From assembly GCF_964355755.1 (NCBI RefSeq), contig NC_092676.1, positions 2,951,788 to 3,015,787 on the forward strand: a DNA stretch of 64,000 bases, in the 5' to 3' direction. The notes below the pieces were generated by a model. That model was not told the DNA's origin. It saw only the letters and a list, made by a program, of their open reading frames with translations, and made no database searches. Positions 13,895 through 27,500 of the stretch are shown here, piece after piece. This stretch comes from Antedon mediterranea (lineage: Eukaryota > Animalia > Echinodermata). The position numbers were made by a program, and so were the translations under genes. The first letter of the stretch is position 1, and every line of letters starts with the position of its first letter.

Positions 13895-14038
13895 AAGCAT
13901 CCGAAACAGACAAGGACGTGACGCAACGTAAGTGAATTGGCCAATCACAAGCGATGGATTATTCGAAATGTTGCTTGTCATTGGTCAAGCTTGCGTTGCG
14001 TTTACGTCCTTGCGTTCCGTTCTAGTAGGAACCAAGCT
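13895..14038. mobile_element. MITE family B
   Basis: caaggacgt..gccaatcacaagcgat..cattggtcaa..ctagtaggaaccaagct. Confidence 0.75.
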
Positions 14039-14706
14039 TTAGAAAACGATCGATTGACGTTTTTGAATTTGTTATCTTTGTACCATAAAGCTTTCGTCTC
14101 TTTCAAATCTGTATTTTAATGGTTATTGCCATCGACTGGCTGTCAATCTTCAACGTTAACATTCAGTTCTTTATTAATAATAAGTCCAAAGACTTTATCA
14201 GTTGATTTACGATCGTATCCGACCAATTTCAATAAAGCGCATTCAAATACTATATGGTTTTAAATAGAAACAGATTTTATTTTCAATGCACTCGCATATC
14301 ATTTATTATGTGCTCATCAACGATGACACGAATTGCTGACGTCATCAACGCGAAGATTAATCGTTTCGCTTGAAGAAATTAAATGAACCTATAAGTTATA
14401 TGCTTTTGTACAGTAACTGGTTGGGTACAGTAATGCCACCTGTTCTCGCGTATCGTTTGTTACATTGAATATCTATTTTTAAATCTTGGAAATTGCTGCT
14501 GTGGCTATGCAATTTATATTACATGTTACACGCTCTGTTCTCTATTGTACTTAGATACAATGTGCTTTATTAAATCGGTTTAGCATATCAAAGCGTGTGT
14601 GTTATAACGTTACACCAGGGAAGAATGAACTTACCTACACCGAATATACTAAAACTATTGGAGTTATATCGGAGTACATCGGAGTTAACGACAAGTCCGA
14701 GTACTG

Positions 14707-14800
14707 TAGCTTGTTTCCAAATTGGATGCGACGCAATGACGTAGGTGCAACCGATGGTTCATCGCGCCGTCATTGGTCAAATTACGTGCGGTTCGTCCAA
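14707..14800. mobile_element. MITE family B, internally deleted
   Basis: agcttgtttcca..gcgacgcaa..cattggtcaaattacgt similarity to other copies. Confidence 0.55.
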
Positions 14801-16227
14801 TGAGAAGCACCTTTTAACTCACATCGCTAGCTTAACTGCATTGCGTGTGAACATAATATCTTTCTTTACAGGTTTTAAAATTACAAATTCGCACGATTCG
14901 CGCGTTCACACTCTGTTTTCTATTAGTGTCACCGACTAGATTTACACCCAATTATAGAATAATTGAAACACTTTTAGAGGAGCTTTTCATGAATAAGCCA
15001 TTAACACATATAATACAATCAATTAAAAACGTCAGGGTGCTATTACAATTGCAATACAATGTAAATAAACGGGAAAAGAGTTGAAATTAACTCTGTTAAT
15101 CTCATTACGGATGTTTGCGTCATTCGTGTAAACGAGACCTAAGGATGAGGTAATTTGAATAGAAAGATTTAAACAATCATTGAATTCGATACAGGACATG
15201 GGTTTTCAATGTGAAAGAGTTGTTTTTGTTTAAACATTGCAATATTGTTGTTGCAAACTGACGATGGATTATATAACACTGTGAAACTAATTGTTAGAAT
15301 TGATATGTTGAAAGAAATAAGAACATATACCTAACACCGCAAATAAGTTATACAGAGTATATCCATTATTTTATCTGTGAAGCTGCGAAATTGAATTTGG
15401 CAATTCGGAAAAATTAAAACCTGAAAGGGCACTAAAATATTGATGGTGATAAGTGCTTTATAATATGGTATAGGCCTACAATACAATATGCATTGGAAAT
15501 CGAATTATACCTTAGCTTTTATAGGCCTGGACGTTATGTGTCTGTTTTATCCAACTGGTTTCGTTACACACAAATATTGCTTATTGTAGAGCTATTATAT
15601 TACTTTTTCTTACTTCAGGAGCAAATTGAATTTAATTAGGCTACTGCGCCACTGGCTATAGCTGTTGCAATTGTTTGTTTTCATACAGTGTATTTGAACA
15701 AAGTTTCTGATTATTAAGTAAGTTTGCATTTTTTCTGATTATTAAGTAAGTTTGCATTTGAATAAACAATCAGCATTATATTAGAAAGCGGATACAGACG
15801 ATAGAGTTTGTGGCGGGAGAAGGGGGATGTGGTCATAAAAAATCGGATTCATGGATAATAATAATAATAATGAAAGGATAAAAACAAAACAAAATTTAAA
15901 TGTTGTTCCGTAGTCGAATTCACTGTTTATATATAGATTAGATCTAGATACATCTAAAAAGGTGAATCGTATAACTTAAAATAACTATAAAGAAGTATGG
16001 TTGAGGTGACCATGCTGTATGCGTATTCGGCCTCCAGCCTCCAATTTTACTCTTTTCTTGTGTCGAATGCTACCGTACTTTCAATATGTGTAAAGTTCAG
16101 TTCAGTACACTAATATGACTATATTACATTATCCATTTATCACATACGATGTTCTATTAATTAGATATTATATATTATCTAAACTAAGAGACAAACAAGA
16201 TATAGATAACGGCTCATACGAACTTAC

Positions 16228-16485
16228 CCGTGTCTGAATAAAATGTCCTTGTTGCTTGAATATTATTACTTTAGTGTTAAAGATGTATATCTCATATGGT
16301 TCCAGATGTTTCTATCTTCTTGCTTGCTACTCCGTATATTGTTGTTTATGTAATGAAAATTTCATTTTCATCTACAAACTCACGTAGGCGTACACAACAC
16401 GAATCATTTCTCAATGAGATGACGTCATGAACGCAAAATTATGACATCACAAGTGTAATTTACAAGTCTAACTGCAGCATTGGTT
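16228..16485 (-). promoter_or_regulatory. Putative TENT5 non-coding first exon and promoter
   Basis: Minus-strand donor GG|GTAAGT at 16227; full CRE TGACGTCA 16420-16427, TGACATCA at 16442 and CCAAT (attgg) at ~16479 just upstream; no transcript data. Confidence 0.45.
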
Positions 16486-16873
16486 GATGAGATAGCACTT
16501 AGCACTTTGCATACTGCTACCGCCGATCATTTTCATATTGGCTATATTCTTCAGTGTATAAGTAGAGATTTCTTTTATCACCGGAAGGATACAGAATAGA
16601 AGATATGTTGCTGTTTATGAGAATTGTTTGATTGTGAAATTTAGTCAAATGTATTGCGCAATAATGAGAAATGTATACTCGTCGATTCAACGTTGTATTA
16701 TTAAACTTACTCATAACAATACTCTTACAGGTTAATCCTTTTTAAAGACTAGATTGGGAAGATGGGAGGACAGATGCACTTTTTAAAAGATATCTACGGA
16801 CCGCTCAAAGTAATATTTCGAAACTGAGAGAAACCCTTAAAACATTTACCTGTAAAAAAATACAGTATGATAA

Positions 16874-17020
16874 TTGGTTCAAACTACTATGACGCAATAA
16901 GCAACGTACGCACAACGGTTTTTTTTTTATCACAGATCACGGATCTGTCGCTTGTGATTGGTCAAATTATTTACGTTGCTCGTACGTCCTTGAATTACGT
17001 TGCGCTTACGTCAGTGACGA
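16874..17020. mobile_element. MITE family B, diverged
   Basis: ttggttc..gacgcaa..tcgcttgtgattggtcaa..acgttgcg. Confidence 0.6.
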
Positions 17021-17272
17021 CAAGAAAGATTAATTATTTTCACTCAACATTTTTTGTTATTATAATTAACATCAATTAAAAATTAATCAATTCTAAAAAT
17101 GTTCGCAACCTGCACTCTATAGATACGTTACGGATGTACTTTGCAGGTTTGTATTCCTCCTACGAATTTCCGCCGGAACAGTTTATAATTGAAGTTTGAC
17201 CCACGATTTTCTGGCGGAATAAGTTTATTAATTAAAAATGATTGTATGCCTACTCAGGTGTTTTTCGACTTA

Positions 17273-17420
17273 AGGCCAATTTACACAGACGAGCGGTAAC
17301 AGTAATACAAATATAGAATGTATGTTATTCCTTATGACCATTTAAACACAACGCGATAGATACAGATTCTATGTGGGACAAGCTATATACGGTTTTCCGC
17401 TCGTATGTGTATTTTTACCT
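17273..17420. mobile_element. Third Harbinger-like MITE
   Basis: Imperfect TIRs aggccaatttacacagacgagcgg / ccgctcgtatgtgtatttttacct. Confidence 0.6.
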
Positions 17421-19747
17421 TTACAGTGTTTACTACTTAATGCCAGCCCCTCCCCCACTCCCTATTTCTAAGCTTATATAGCAAGCCATGTGTAGGTCTA
17501 TTGAAAAATAGAAAAAAATATATTTTTCACAGGTGGGGACAAAATTTAGGCCTAGACTTCTTCGGGTAGAAGGATGGAACAACGAATTTGTTGCTCCAAT
17601 GTAGTAACAAGACGTGACTGGTTTCTCATAAAAATATGTCCGATTCATTCACAGCCGGAAGGGAAAAATCTCCCAATTGCTAGGACATTTTGACTTTGGG
17701 TGGGATGGGAATGGGATCAACACCTACGACACCAGCTTAATAGTATAGAAGGATAGAGCAGCTTAATTATTTGTTACATTATACTCCAATATATCAGACT
17801 ATCAGTATCTGAAAAAATATCATAGAAGCAACCGTTAAGCCCTAATAGTACAAATAGATAGACAATATGTCCGATTATTGTTATTCATTGCTTCAATCTA
17901 TTTCTGTATTGTTCCTGCATAAAGCGGTCAGATAATAATAGCACAGTCAGATAACCCACGCAATTACGATCGATAATATTAATGTGTGACGTCACACAAT
18001 TAACCGGAAGTAAATTATCGATCGCTGGCTGCTGCCTACGTAATTTATCAATGGCCTTCTTGTTTCGGTAACAGATTGTACATAATTACTACAAATATGT
18101 GTTTTACATTACTATGTTGTACATTTACAACATAAGGGTAAAACATACATTTTAATGGGATGGGAACTAATGTGTTAATGTGGTTTTAGTGGTATCTTTA
18201 ATGATAGGAACCAAATACGGATGTTGTTTTAATTTTTTTATTTATGTACTTTTCCATTACACAACAGTAGTTTTACGATTGTCCCTATTGACAAACTAGC
18301 TATAAATATAAATGCTACTAAATATATCAAAATAATTAATTATCAAGATTATATTTGCATTTTGAGAACCTTTTTTTGCATTGTTGCCACAGCTGGTGGC
18401 CTATTGTTTGTGTTTTTGGAAATAAAAAAAAATTATTAGGCCTATGTGAATGAATGTCAATAAAAATAATAATATTCAGCATGTTTAAGGTTCATACTAA
18501 TCTACCCCCGATATCACCCGGAAGGATTTCATGACATAAAATTATCAAGATGCTAAATTATATTTAATGTTATTGTGATTTTTAATTGTATTAATGTGAA
18601 AAACTGTCAAAATACTGATTAGGTGGTTTATTCCGAAACTCAATACCGCCCTCTGTGATAACGTCATGCTTTGTGGCGTTGAACGCGTTCAATACGTTGT
18701 ATGACGCGAGATATTTTTTCTGGTCAGAGCGAATATTAAGTAAATTAATAGAAAAAAAAAAAACGACAAGTCAGATTTTCATAGTTTTTGCTTTATTGCA
18801 TCATTATCTCTGCAAATCAAATCAAATAAACATTTTATTATTATCGAGGATTTATTATTTATATGTTTATAAAATGCATATCATTACACAGTTGAACAAA
18901 TTAACTGTGGGTTGTCCCTGGTCCAATTGTCTCACTACCGAACAATAAAAGTCCATGGAGGTATGAACCTCCACGAAAAGACCAGCACAAATCAAAGGCC
19001 GATCGACTCAGGGCATAATTTACAAATGGTCCTCAGAAAAATATTCGGCAAGACTATGTATGCAGTTGGTTTACAACTAGGCAGGTTTACTTACAGTACA
19101 GGTTGGGGTTCTTTACTATTACAGCACATTGCAAAATGTGTACCCCAACTCATTATATAAAAATAAATCTAAAAGAACATACCCGCACTTATAAATAAAC
19201 ATTAAATAATCTGGAAAAAGTGACAAATATACTATTGTTGTATAAATATTTTAAATGCTATCTGTTAAATAATATAAACTGACACACTATAGCATTTTCC
19301 GTATTGAACTAGGGCGATGGTCACTTTTCACTAATACCATTTATTTTGAATATGTCAAATATTCATGAACCAAGATTTAGAGAAAAAAAAACCTAATAAA
19401 ACTAATGCATCATGGTTTTTATACACATGATTACAATATTGAAGGTAAACAAGCATGTTCAAAATCCATGTTCTTGGCTGAATTATGATACAGTAATATA
19501 CAATATATCAGACTTCCAGTATCTGAAACAAAGGATAAATTAAGCATCTTATTAAAATTAATCTTTATATTTTGCTGTATTTGAGTTATTATAAATTGAG
19601 ATATACAGTGATGATTTCAAGTCTTGTTTTTAGGTCACTACAAAAATGCTGGTATTGTGACCAAACCAGATTTGAACCCAAGAATTGGTAGGCAAGCATG
19701 TCAACCACTACAGTGCATATACATCATGATTAAAAATCCAACATACC

Positions 19748-22700
19748 TTAATAGTTGATCATTTTCTTAATAGTATCTAGACACCTCCATTTATCAGGTA
19801 GGTAAAAAGGTTCAAATATATGTGGGAAAGGCGTGTCCCAGCCGCAAACACGCTGAATGGGAGCTTCCAAATGTAAAAAGCATTCATTCTGAAATTTAAA
19901 TAGAAATCATTTTTCAAAATATGTAAATTTAATGTAAATGTAAAAGAAATACAAGCTCTGTTTTTGGCATATTGCCAAAGTGAGATTAATCTCTTCCTAA
20001 ACCTCTGTCTACACTATCAAACGTTATGTGGCAATGTTATGTGCCCATATATGGACATGATGATATCATATCACTACCATATTTGGGTATATCACTACCA
20101 TATTTGGGCACATCACACTTTTTTTGTCAAACTAGTTTGACAGTGTAGACTGAGAAGAGAAATTTGAATATTCATTAGATTGTTTGTAATTTATAATTAT
20201 CATACTACCCACCTGGATTGTAGTAGCAATCTCACCAGCAAATCCACCTGTAATTGGTGCTTCATGTGCAATTAACAGACGACCAGTTTTTAACACAGAC
20301 TGAAATGATACAGTGTGGAGTAAACAAATCAGGACATGTGGATGATATTAAGCAAAAACAACAAACAAACAGGTTATACTTGGCAATCAATGGTTACCTT
20401 GGCAACAGTGTCAACATCCCATGGTAGTATTGTTTGAAGGTCAATAAGCTCGCAGGAAACGCCCAGCTTCTCTTGCGCAAGCTCACAAACATTTCGCATT
20501 ACGTGTACTTGTGTACCCCATGCAACTAATGTAACATCACTTCCTAAAAAAAAAAAAAAAACAGTATTCATAATGCATACGTTTTATCACCCTGGTTTGA
20601 TTGTAATGCTCTGTCTACACTATCACATTTTATGTGACAAAAAAAGTGTGATGTGCCCAAATATGGTAGTTTTGTGCTATCATCATGTCCATATATGGGC
20701 ACATCACATAAAGTTTGATTGTGTAGACAAAGCATAACACTATGTGACTACACATAAGCCTTACCTTCTACTAAAACTTCTGCTTCTGATAAAGGAATTT
20801 CATAATCACCAACTGGTACTTGTTCAACTGAAAAAAAAACACAAAATAAAAAACTTTATTGTAAGAAAAAAGCTTAAGCTCTGTCTACACTATCAAACTA
20901 GTTTGACAAAAGTGGGGTTTGTCCAAATATGGTAGTGATATGCTTAAGTATGGTAGTGATATGACATCATCATGTCCATATATAGGCACATCACATTTTT
21001 TGTCACATAAAGTTTGATAGTGTAGACAGAGCTTTACATTGGAATTCACTATCTCTGGTTGATATTTACAAATCACATGTTTTACTTTACCAGCCATTCT
21101 GTACAAAATCTTTGGCTCAAAGAATATACAAGGATTGTTGTCACGGATACAGGATAGAAGCAGACCTTTAGCTTGAATAGGCCCTCTAGGAATGACTACC
21201 TGAAATCAATGAATTACATATAAGATTATTTCAGAATAAAATTTACTGTTGATAGTCTTACACATGCTAACCTAATATAGTTATTTTTAGCCTAAAAATT
21301 GCACTTACTTTGACACCTGGAACATGGGAAAAGAACGCTTCAGGGGACTGTGAATGATAGTGGGCTCCATGGCCTACAGCGCCCCATGGTGTTCTGATTG
21401 TTAGGCGACCACAGTTAAATAGATTCCCTGAACGATACCTAAATTTAGCTGCTTCATTTATGATCTAGAAATAACAATATTTTTTATAGTTATTTAGCTG
21501 AAGGACTGTTACAGATCACGGTAAAACACACAAGTTGAGTTAAAAAAGAGAAACATAAAAAATGGACACCAAAACAAGAGACACTTGTTTTGACACAAGA
21601 ATCATAGAAAAATGTAACGCACTACCACAACATGTTATAGCATATAAAATGACGTAATTTCCACCTTGTTTCGAGCCTTGTGGTCGTAGCGCTTTAGAGA
21701 AAATTTATTTTGGTTAAGCGCTTTACAAAAGACAATTATTATTATTATATAGACAGTACAACTATAAATAATTTCAAACAATCATATGACAAACACATTA
21801 ACATATCCAAGAGAGGAGGCAGTCAATACTCATATGCCTCCTGATTCACTTAAAGGTATAGTACACTTAAAGTTAGGGAACATCGATCAAAAAAGTTAAT
21901 GACAGATCATTGGACAATGAGAAGAGAGTTATTACGCAAGCATTTTTTTGGTAACGATAATAGTCAACTTTGAAACAAACTCAATAGTATGTTACTGCAG
22001 TAAAATGTTAAGTACTGCAGTAGAATCATTTTGACGTGATCCCTTACCTGATCAAATGCCGGATAGATATAGTCGGCAAACTGTATCTCAGCAATAGCGG
22101 TAGCGCCAACTGATGCCATGCCTATACCGAAACCAACGATTCCTTGTTCACATAATGGTGTATTAAATACACGGTCCTTCCCTAAAAAACATTCGCAACA
22201 ATCTAATAAATTACTGCACATTTCTAATATTTACAAGAGGGCAGCAGACAACACTTGGAAATGTCAAAAACAACCATCAGAATCTATAATGTTTTTCTCA
22301 AATGAATTACCGTATATCCTCTGGTATAATCCTATCCACCTAGAACACGAAATTGGGTCGACTTGGGGGGGGGGGGGGGGGATGAATGGTTGGGACTATA
22401 CTTGGGGAAAACCTGGTTCAGGAAAAAAAAGTTTGATAAGTATTTCTTGTAAAAACTCATTTGAACTGGCTAGAGGGAGGCCTACATCCAGATCAAAAGT
22501 TAATACTGTGACTATACCCGGGGATACGCCTGTGAAATCAGATAAAATGTAGGGGTAGGATTAGACTTGAAGTGAGATGATACACGAGGATTTATGGTAA
22601 TGAAATAAAACGTGGATAGCAGTTTACCATGTTTGTCTTTTAAATCAATAGTACATCTAAATACTCCACCAAAAGCCACGTCTTCCCCAAAAACAACTGA

Positions 22701-23654
22701 AAAAAAAAAGATGTTATCAAATCACAAAAAATGTCAAAAACATTAACAATGTTATAAAAAATTATACTTTAGAAACACATACATGTTTGTTCTTAACAGC
22801 AAATGTAATATCAATAAAATGAGAATATAAGTTAAAAAACCAAAATCATGTCATGTCATGCCGAATGAGGGCAATTCATTAATCATTTCTGCCTTAACCT
22901 GATAGGAATACAAATCATGCATCTATTCATATAATTTAGGCCTTATTCATTCCAATTTGTGGCCTAGGATATGCCTACTTACCAGCTGTCTGGTCTGAAG
23001 TAAGAGCAATATCCATAGCATTATTCAGAGCCTGGAATAAATTCATCTTGGAAGTTTCACCTAAAAATTGATACAATTTACATCATTACAAATCATCAAA
23101 TGCGTTACCGTTAGCTTAGAGTTAGATATTGTAATGTAATGATATACATTTATAATTGATTGATAATTTACAATTCAATTGAGTTCACCAATTTGTCCCA
23201 GAAACTTTTATAAGTCCAGTGAAGAGATTGTCCAGACAGATGTTTTAATGTCCATTTTAAAAATAAAAATATGAGGATCACACCACACAGATTTAACAGT
23301 ATTTGCAATTATGTTATAGATTACTTTTTTTAAATAAAATGCTGAAAGTTATTTTAGCCTAGGCTAGGCTACCAACCAAGGCACAGTCTGTGGCATTCCA
23401 CCAGCATGCATGCAGGAGTAGAGACTAGCCACCAGGCAGCAGCAGTCCAGTCAGTACAGTAGACAACCTTGTTTTAGCAGAGCCTAGACAGATAAATATA
23501 TAAAAACGTTACCTCTTGACTGTGGAGCAACCTCAGGAACATAAGTAAACGTTGATGCACATCGTACGTTATGTAGAAACTGCCCTGTTATGGAGTTCTT
23601 GCATTTTAAATACAAAGATTTGGCACAGAATCGTAACGTACTTGTAGTCGCCAT
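19748..23654 (-). CDS. BCKDHB: Branched-chain alpha-keto acid dehydrogenase E1 beta subunit, 10 coding exons
   Basis: Exons approx 23513-23654, 22983-23060, 22628-22696, 22048-22181, 21309-21464, 21091-21199, 20765-20827, 20398-20543, 20213-20299, 19748-19888, all GT-AG. Motifs [95 protein letters not shown]; N-terminal mitochondrial-type presequence. Confidence 0.97.
19999..20150. mobile_element. MITE family A in BCKDHB intron
   Basis: ctctgtctacactatcaaac...agtttgacagtgtagac. Confidence 0.85.
20607..20733. mobile_element. MITE family A in BCKDHB intron
   Basis: gctctgtctacactatca...agtttgattgtgtagacaaagc. Confidence 0.8.
20877..21033. mobile_element. MITE family A, intact reference-like copy
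   Basis: Perfect TIRs agctctgtctacactatcaaact / agtttgatagtgtagacagagct; TTA on both sides (20874-20876, 21034-21036). Confidence 0.92.
21660..21750 (+). mobile_element. Short LINE/SINE-like 3' tail fragment
   Basis: agcgcttt..aagcgctttacaaa..(att)n ending, typical of L2-type 3' tails. Confidence 0.4.
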
Positions 23655-24517
23655 GTTTTTTGTTGTGTATACTGAGCCCTCTATAGGCTCTATTTCGTGT
23701 TTCTCCCTAATTTCCTCCCCCCTTTTCCCTGCTGGCATGGTAAGCGTCTTGCAATAGAAAAATATCACAAAACAGTATTATAAAACTTACAGAAAAGTTT
23801 GTAAACAAAAATACAGGAATACAAAGCTTTATTGTAAACTGAAATTTCAATTCTGTAAAAAAATGATGTTCAGGTCAATGCGTCCAGGATTCAATAAATC
23901 GGAATAAATTACCGTAACACCACCACGCAACACCCATACCACCACCACATAATATATGTCTTGGGTAACTTTTGTATTGATATTTTGTGCTTTTTAATCT
24001 TCACGTTGTTTTTAATGTTGTAATTTTGTATTTTATTGTTGGATGATTTTGTTTTGCTGGAGACCCACTTGATAGTTTGATTTAGTTCGCTTTTGGGAAT
24101 CCTGTCTCTCTCTATTGTTTGTTTTGGTTTTTTTTTGTTACAATTATGTGAGACGAAATAAATGAAATGAAAAAAAAAACAAAAAACATCCCCCTCCCCC
24201 ACCCACGGTGGGGACTGTGGCGAGGGAATTTTTCTTAAATGACACCCCTAGAGGTGTTGTCCGGGCACCCCTGCGTCCGTACCTGGTATGCACAGATAAG
24301 TCCGTTACCGTTTATTTTCGAACGTGAATAAAATTAAAAATCACAAACTGACGAATAGAAATGTTTTTTTTTTGTAATCTTTGTTTTAATACTTACATAA
24401 AATTCAACATTATATTGTGAATTATTTCTTTGTGCAATCATTGCCTACATACTATTAAATGCCAACGTACAATATTTACAAAAAAATAATATCCAGTCTA
24501 AGAAAAACGACATCATT

Positions 24518-27500
24518 TCAAAACAATTTTTGGTTCTGTTCGTTATAATATTTTGCCAAACACGGTTTGGTTCCATAAATAAAATGATTTTCCATTTTAG
24601 GCGAATAACGTGAAGCTGGTGGCTTCCGCCCATAAGACTCGGCAAGTGAGCGCGTCAGATGGGCCGAGTTTCCGCAGCAAATGCCTACAAAGTTGATTCC
24701 GATTTCCTGACACCGTTTTCCAAAATCAACCATATCGTCTCGATTGCAGAATCTGATGTCCATGTTTGTTGGAAAACACTTCTTCCCTAAAAAATAAGTA
24801 AATTGCATTTTTATCATTATCATTTCGCGTCACAAAAAAGTAATAGAAATAAATACGTATAAATCAAAGCTTTTTTTCTCTTCGCCTCGACATCAGCTTT
24901 TACCTACCAGTTTTTGGATCTACCATATTGAAAAATGTTGGTTCGTCTGACGTAGTTCTGTAGGGTACAGGTATGGCTGCGAGATGACCCTGAAATATTC
25001 AAAACAGTATTTCTATTATAATTATTTACCCAGGCATATCAAGGATAGTCCATCACGTATGCGCATGCACAGCCGTAGACCTGCCTACATAGACTTCTGA
25101 CCAATCAGATAACTGGATTAATGCTTAGCCGCCATCTTTGAACTGTACGCTTTTGGAGGAACAGGATCATCAGCCAAAGACTAACATTTCACACAATTGT
25201 AAAGGGTGAGTAGACCTTTGAAAATGCATCTTATATTTAGGCATGGTAGATCATGTACAACATATTAGGCATGGTAGATCTCGTTAAAGTAGCAACCTCG
25301 TGCACTGCTAAGCCAAAATAGTGCATGCATTGTAGGCCCAACTGTGACATATACATAGGCCTAGCCTAGGATAGGCCTATATCATGTCAGGCCTAGCCTG
25401 GCTGGATCTGTTAGCCCCTTTTTCCCTCAGTCGCTTGTAGGCCTACTTATTGTTTCTTTCTTCTTGTTTTGTCGGGGCTTCCAAATATTGATTCAGGGGA
25501 GGAAGAGCGAGAGTGGATGGAAGGGGAGGAAGAGCGAGAGTGGGTGGAAGGGGAGGAAGGTCCAATTTATTCAAGATTATTGTTAAACTTTAGATCTCAG
25601 CTCAGTGAGCCTATTCTTAGGTTGTTAAAAAGGCAGTGTTCCATCACGTCATACGCGCGCCTTGAAAAAAACAAAACATTGCATAGTCTAGACACTTACC
25701 TTGCAGACAGCGCGAACCTTTTCCATAATGGGTAGCAGGGTATCTGGTCCTCTACAGCAATTCATACCGACTACATCGGCACCTGCATCCTCTAGTTGTT
25801 TACAAGCATCAGGAATAGTGAATCCGTCAAGAGTAGCAACTTCTCCTTTCACGTGATTGTTTCCGGCAGTAATGAAAGCAACAACGCAAGGAACGCCTGT
25901 TGTACACAACAATGATGCAATATTGATGGATTTTAAGTATTTTTGTATAAGTCTTTCAAAGTGGAGTAGCAGTTCTTCGAAAAGCATTATCTGGCGCACC
26001 CCCCCCCCCCACCACCCCTTTCCAACTGATAAGCCTCATTTCAATTAGCCTATATATTCGCGAGAACCAAATACGATGCGTGAGTTCTGATTGGTTGCAT
26101 GTTTTTTCGCGTCACAGAAAGTAGACAAAGTATCAATACGCATGCGCATTACTTAACGTTTCATCTCCTTTTCTGTGACGCAAACAAAAATGCTACCAAT
26201 CAGAACTGACGATTCATATTTGTTTCCGCGAATATATTCGATAGTGGAAAACAGAAGCTATAACGATCTTCTACAAAATCCTACCATCTAATAACAAGCG
26301 TATACAAAGCTGCATATTTTTAGATTATTACTACAGTAGAACCTGTATTAAGGACACCTTTGGACCCAACAAAGTATCCTCTTAGTAAGAGGGTTCCAAT
26401 GAATGAATGGGGTTAGTCGGTGTAAAAATGTATTACCCCCTCCTCCCCTCGTTCGTTTCACTTGGAAAGTGTCCCCTTAAAATGGGTGTAATCTTATGAA
26501 TGGGGATGTCCCAAAGGAGAGGCTCCATTATACTGTAATTTTCATATACCTTTTCCGTATTCCTGAACTGTTTTTACCGCAAGCATAGCTTCTCCGAGTG
26601 TAGGAAACGTTTCGGCAAGGATAAAGTCAACATCGTAGTCAAGTGCCCATTCAATCTGTTCCTAAAATTATACAAGTCTTTTCATTAGAATCAATAGACA
26701 CACAGTAGTAATGTATGTTCGTTACCAAATGATGTCGGTAAAGCGTGGTTCTCACAAGAGACGCAACGCAAGCGAGTTGATCGACCAATGAAAAAGCTAC
26801 TGTTCGAATAATCCATCGCTTGTGATTGGTCAAATCACTTACGTTGCGTTAAGGAAATTCAGATTAGGCCGACCGCCGGGGACCAGTTTGTTGACCCGAA
26901 TAGGGGGCTTCTATTGTGTTCCACATTGTGATTCTTACCTTAAAAATAGCTTTTGTTTTTTCGTACGACTCTTCGTCACCGGGCACATAAACACCTGTGT
27001 TACAGATATTACCCGCCAAAAGAGTTCCAGATTCATCCGCAACTTCCTTTGCGATTCGTAACGCTTCTCGGTTAATCTTTTCAAGATCAGCTTCCCTGTC
27101 GATGACTTGCATCTTCTTTCGATGAGCATAATACTATTTTGAGATAACGAATTTTAAGCTCTATCAAACTTTATGTGACAAAAAAAATGTGATGTGCCCA
27201 TATATATGATGTATATCACTACCACATTTGGGCATGTCACACTTTTTTTGTCAAACTAGTTTGATAGTGTAGACAGAGCTTTATATTACAAAAGTTGTCC
27301 TTCAAAATAGGAATGAAATTACGAACAAAATAAATTATAAAGTACGTGCTATTAAATACGTAGGTGCAACACCAATCACAAACTAAAGTTAGGATGATAT
27401 ATCGCGTTGTGATTGGTCAAAATAATTGCGGTCGATGCGCTTTCGTCATCGCGTTTAAGTGGTAAGCAAGATTAAGAGGGGTAACACTGAAAAGAAGTTT

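Noticed and set aside
22118-22552. 144-aa plus-strand ORF in BCKDHB
   Set aside because: Starts antisense to an exon and runs through intronic poly-G; no domain features.
25355-25445. Clusters of TAGGCCTA/TAGCCTAGG words (also near 23356, 48405, 51210, 60918)
   Set aside because: Recurring low-complexity word with no defined boundaries; no function can be supported from this window.
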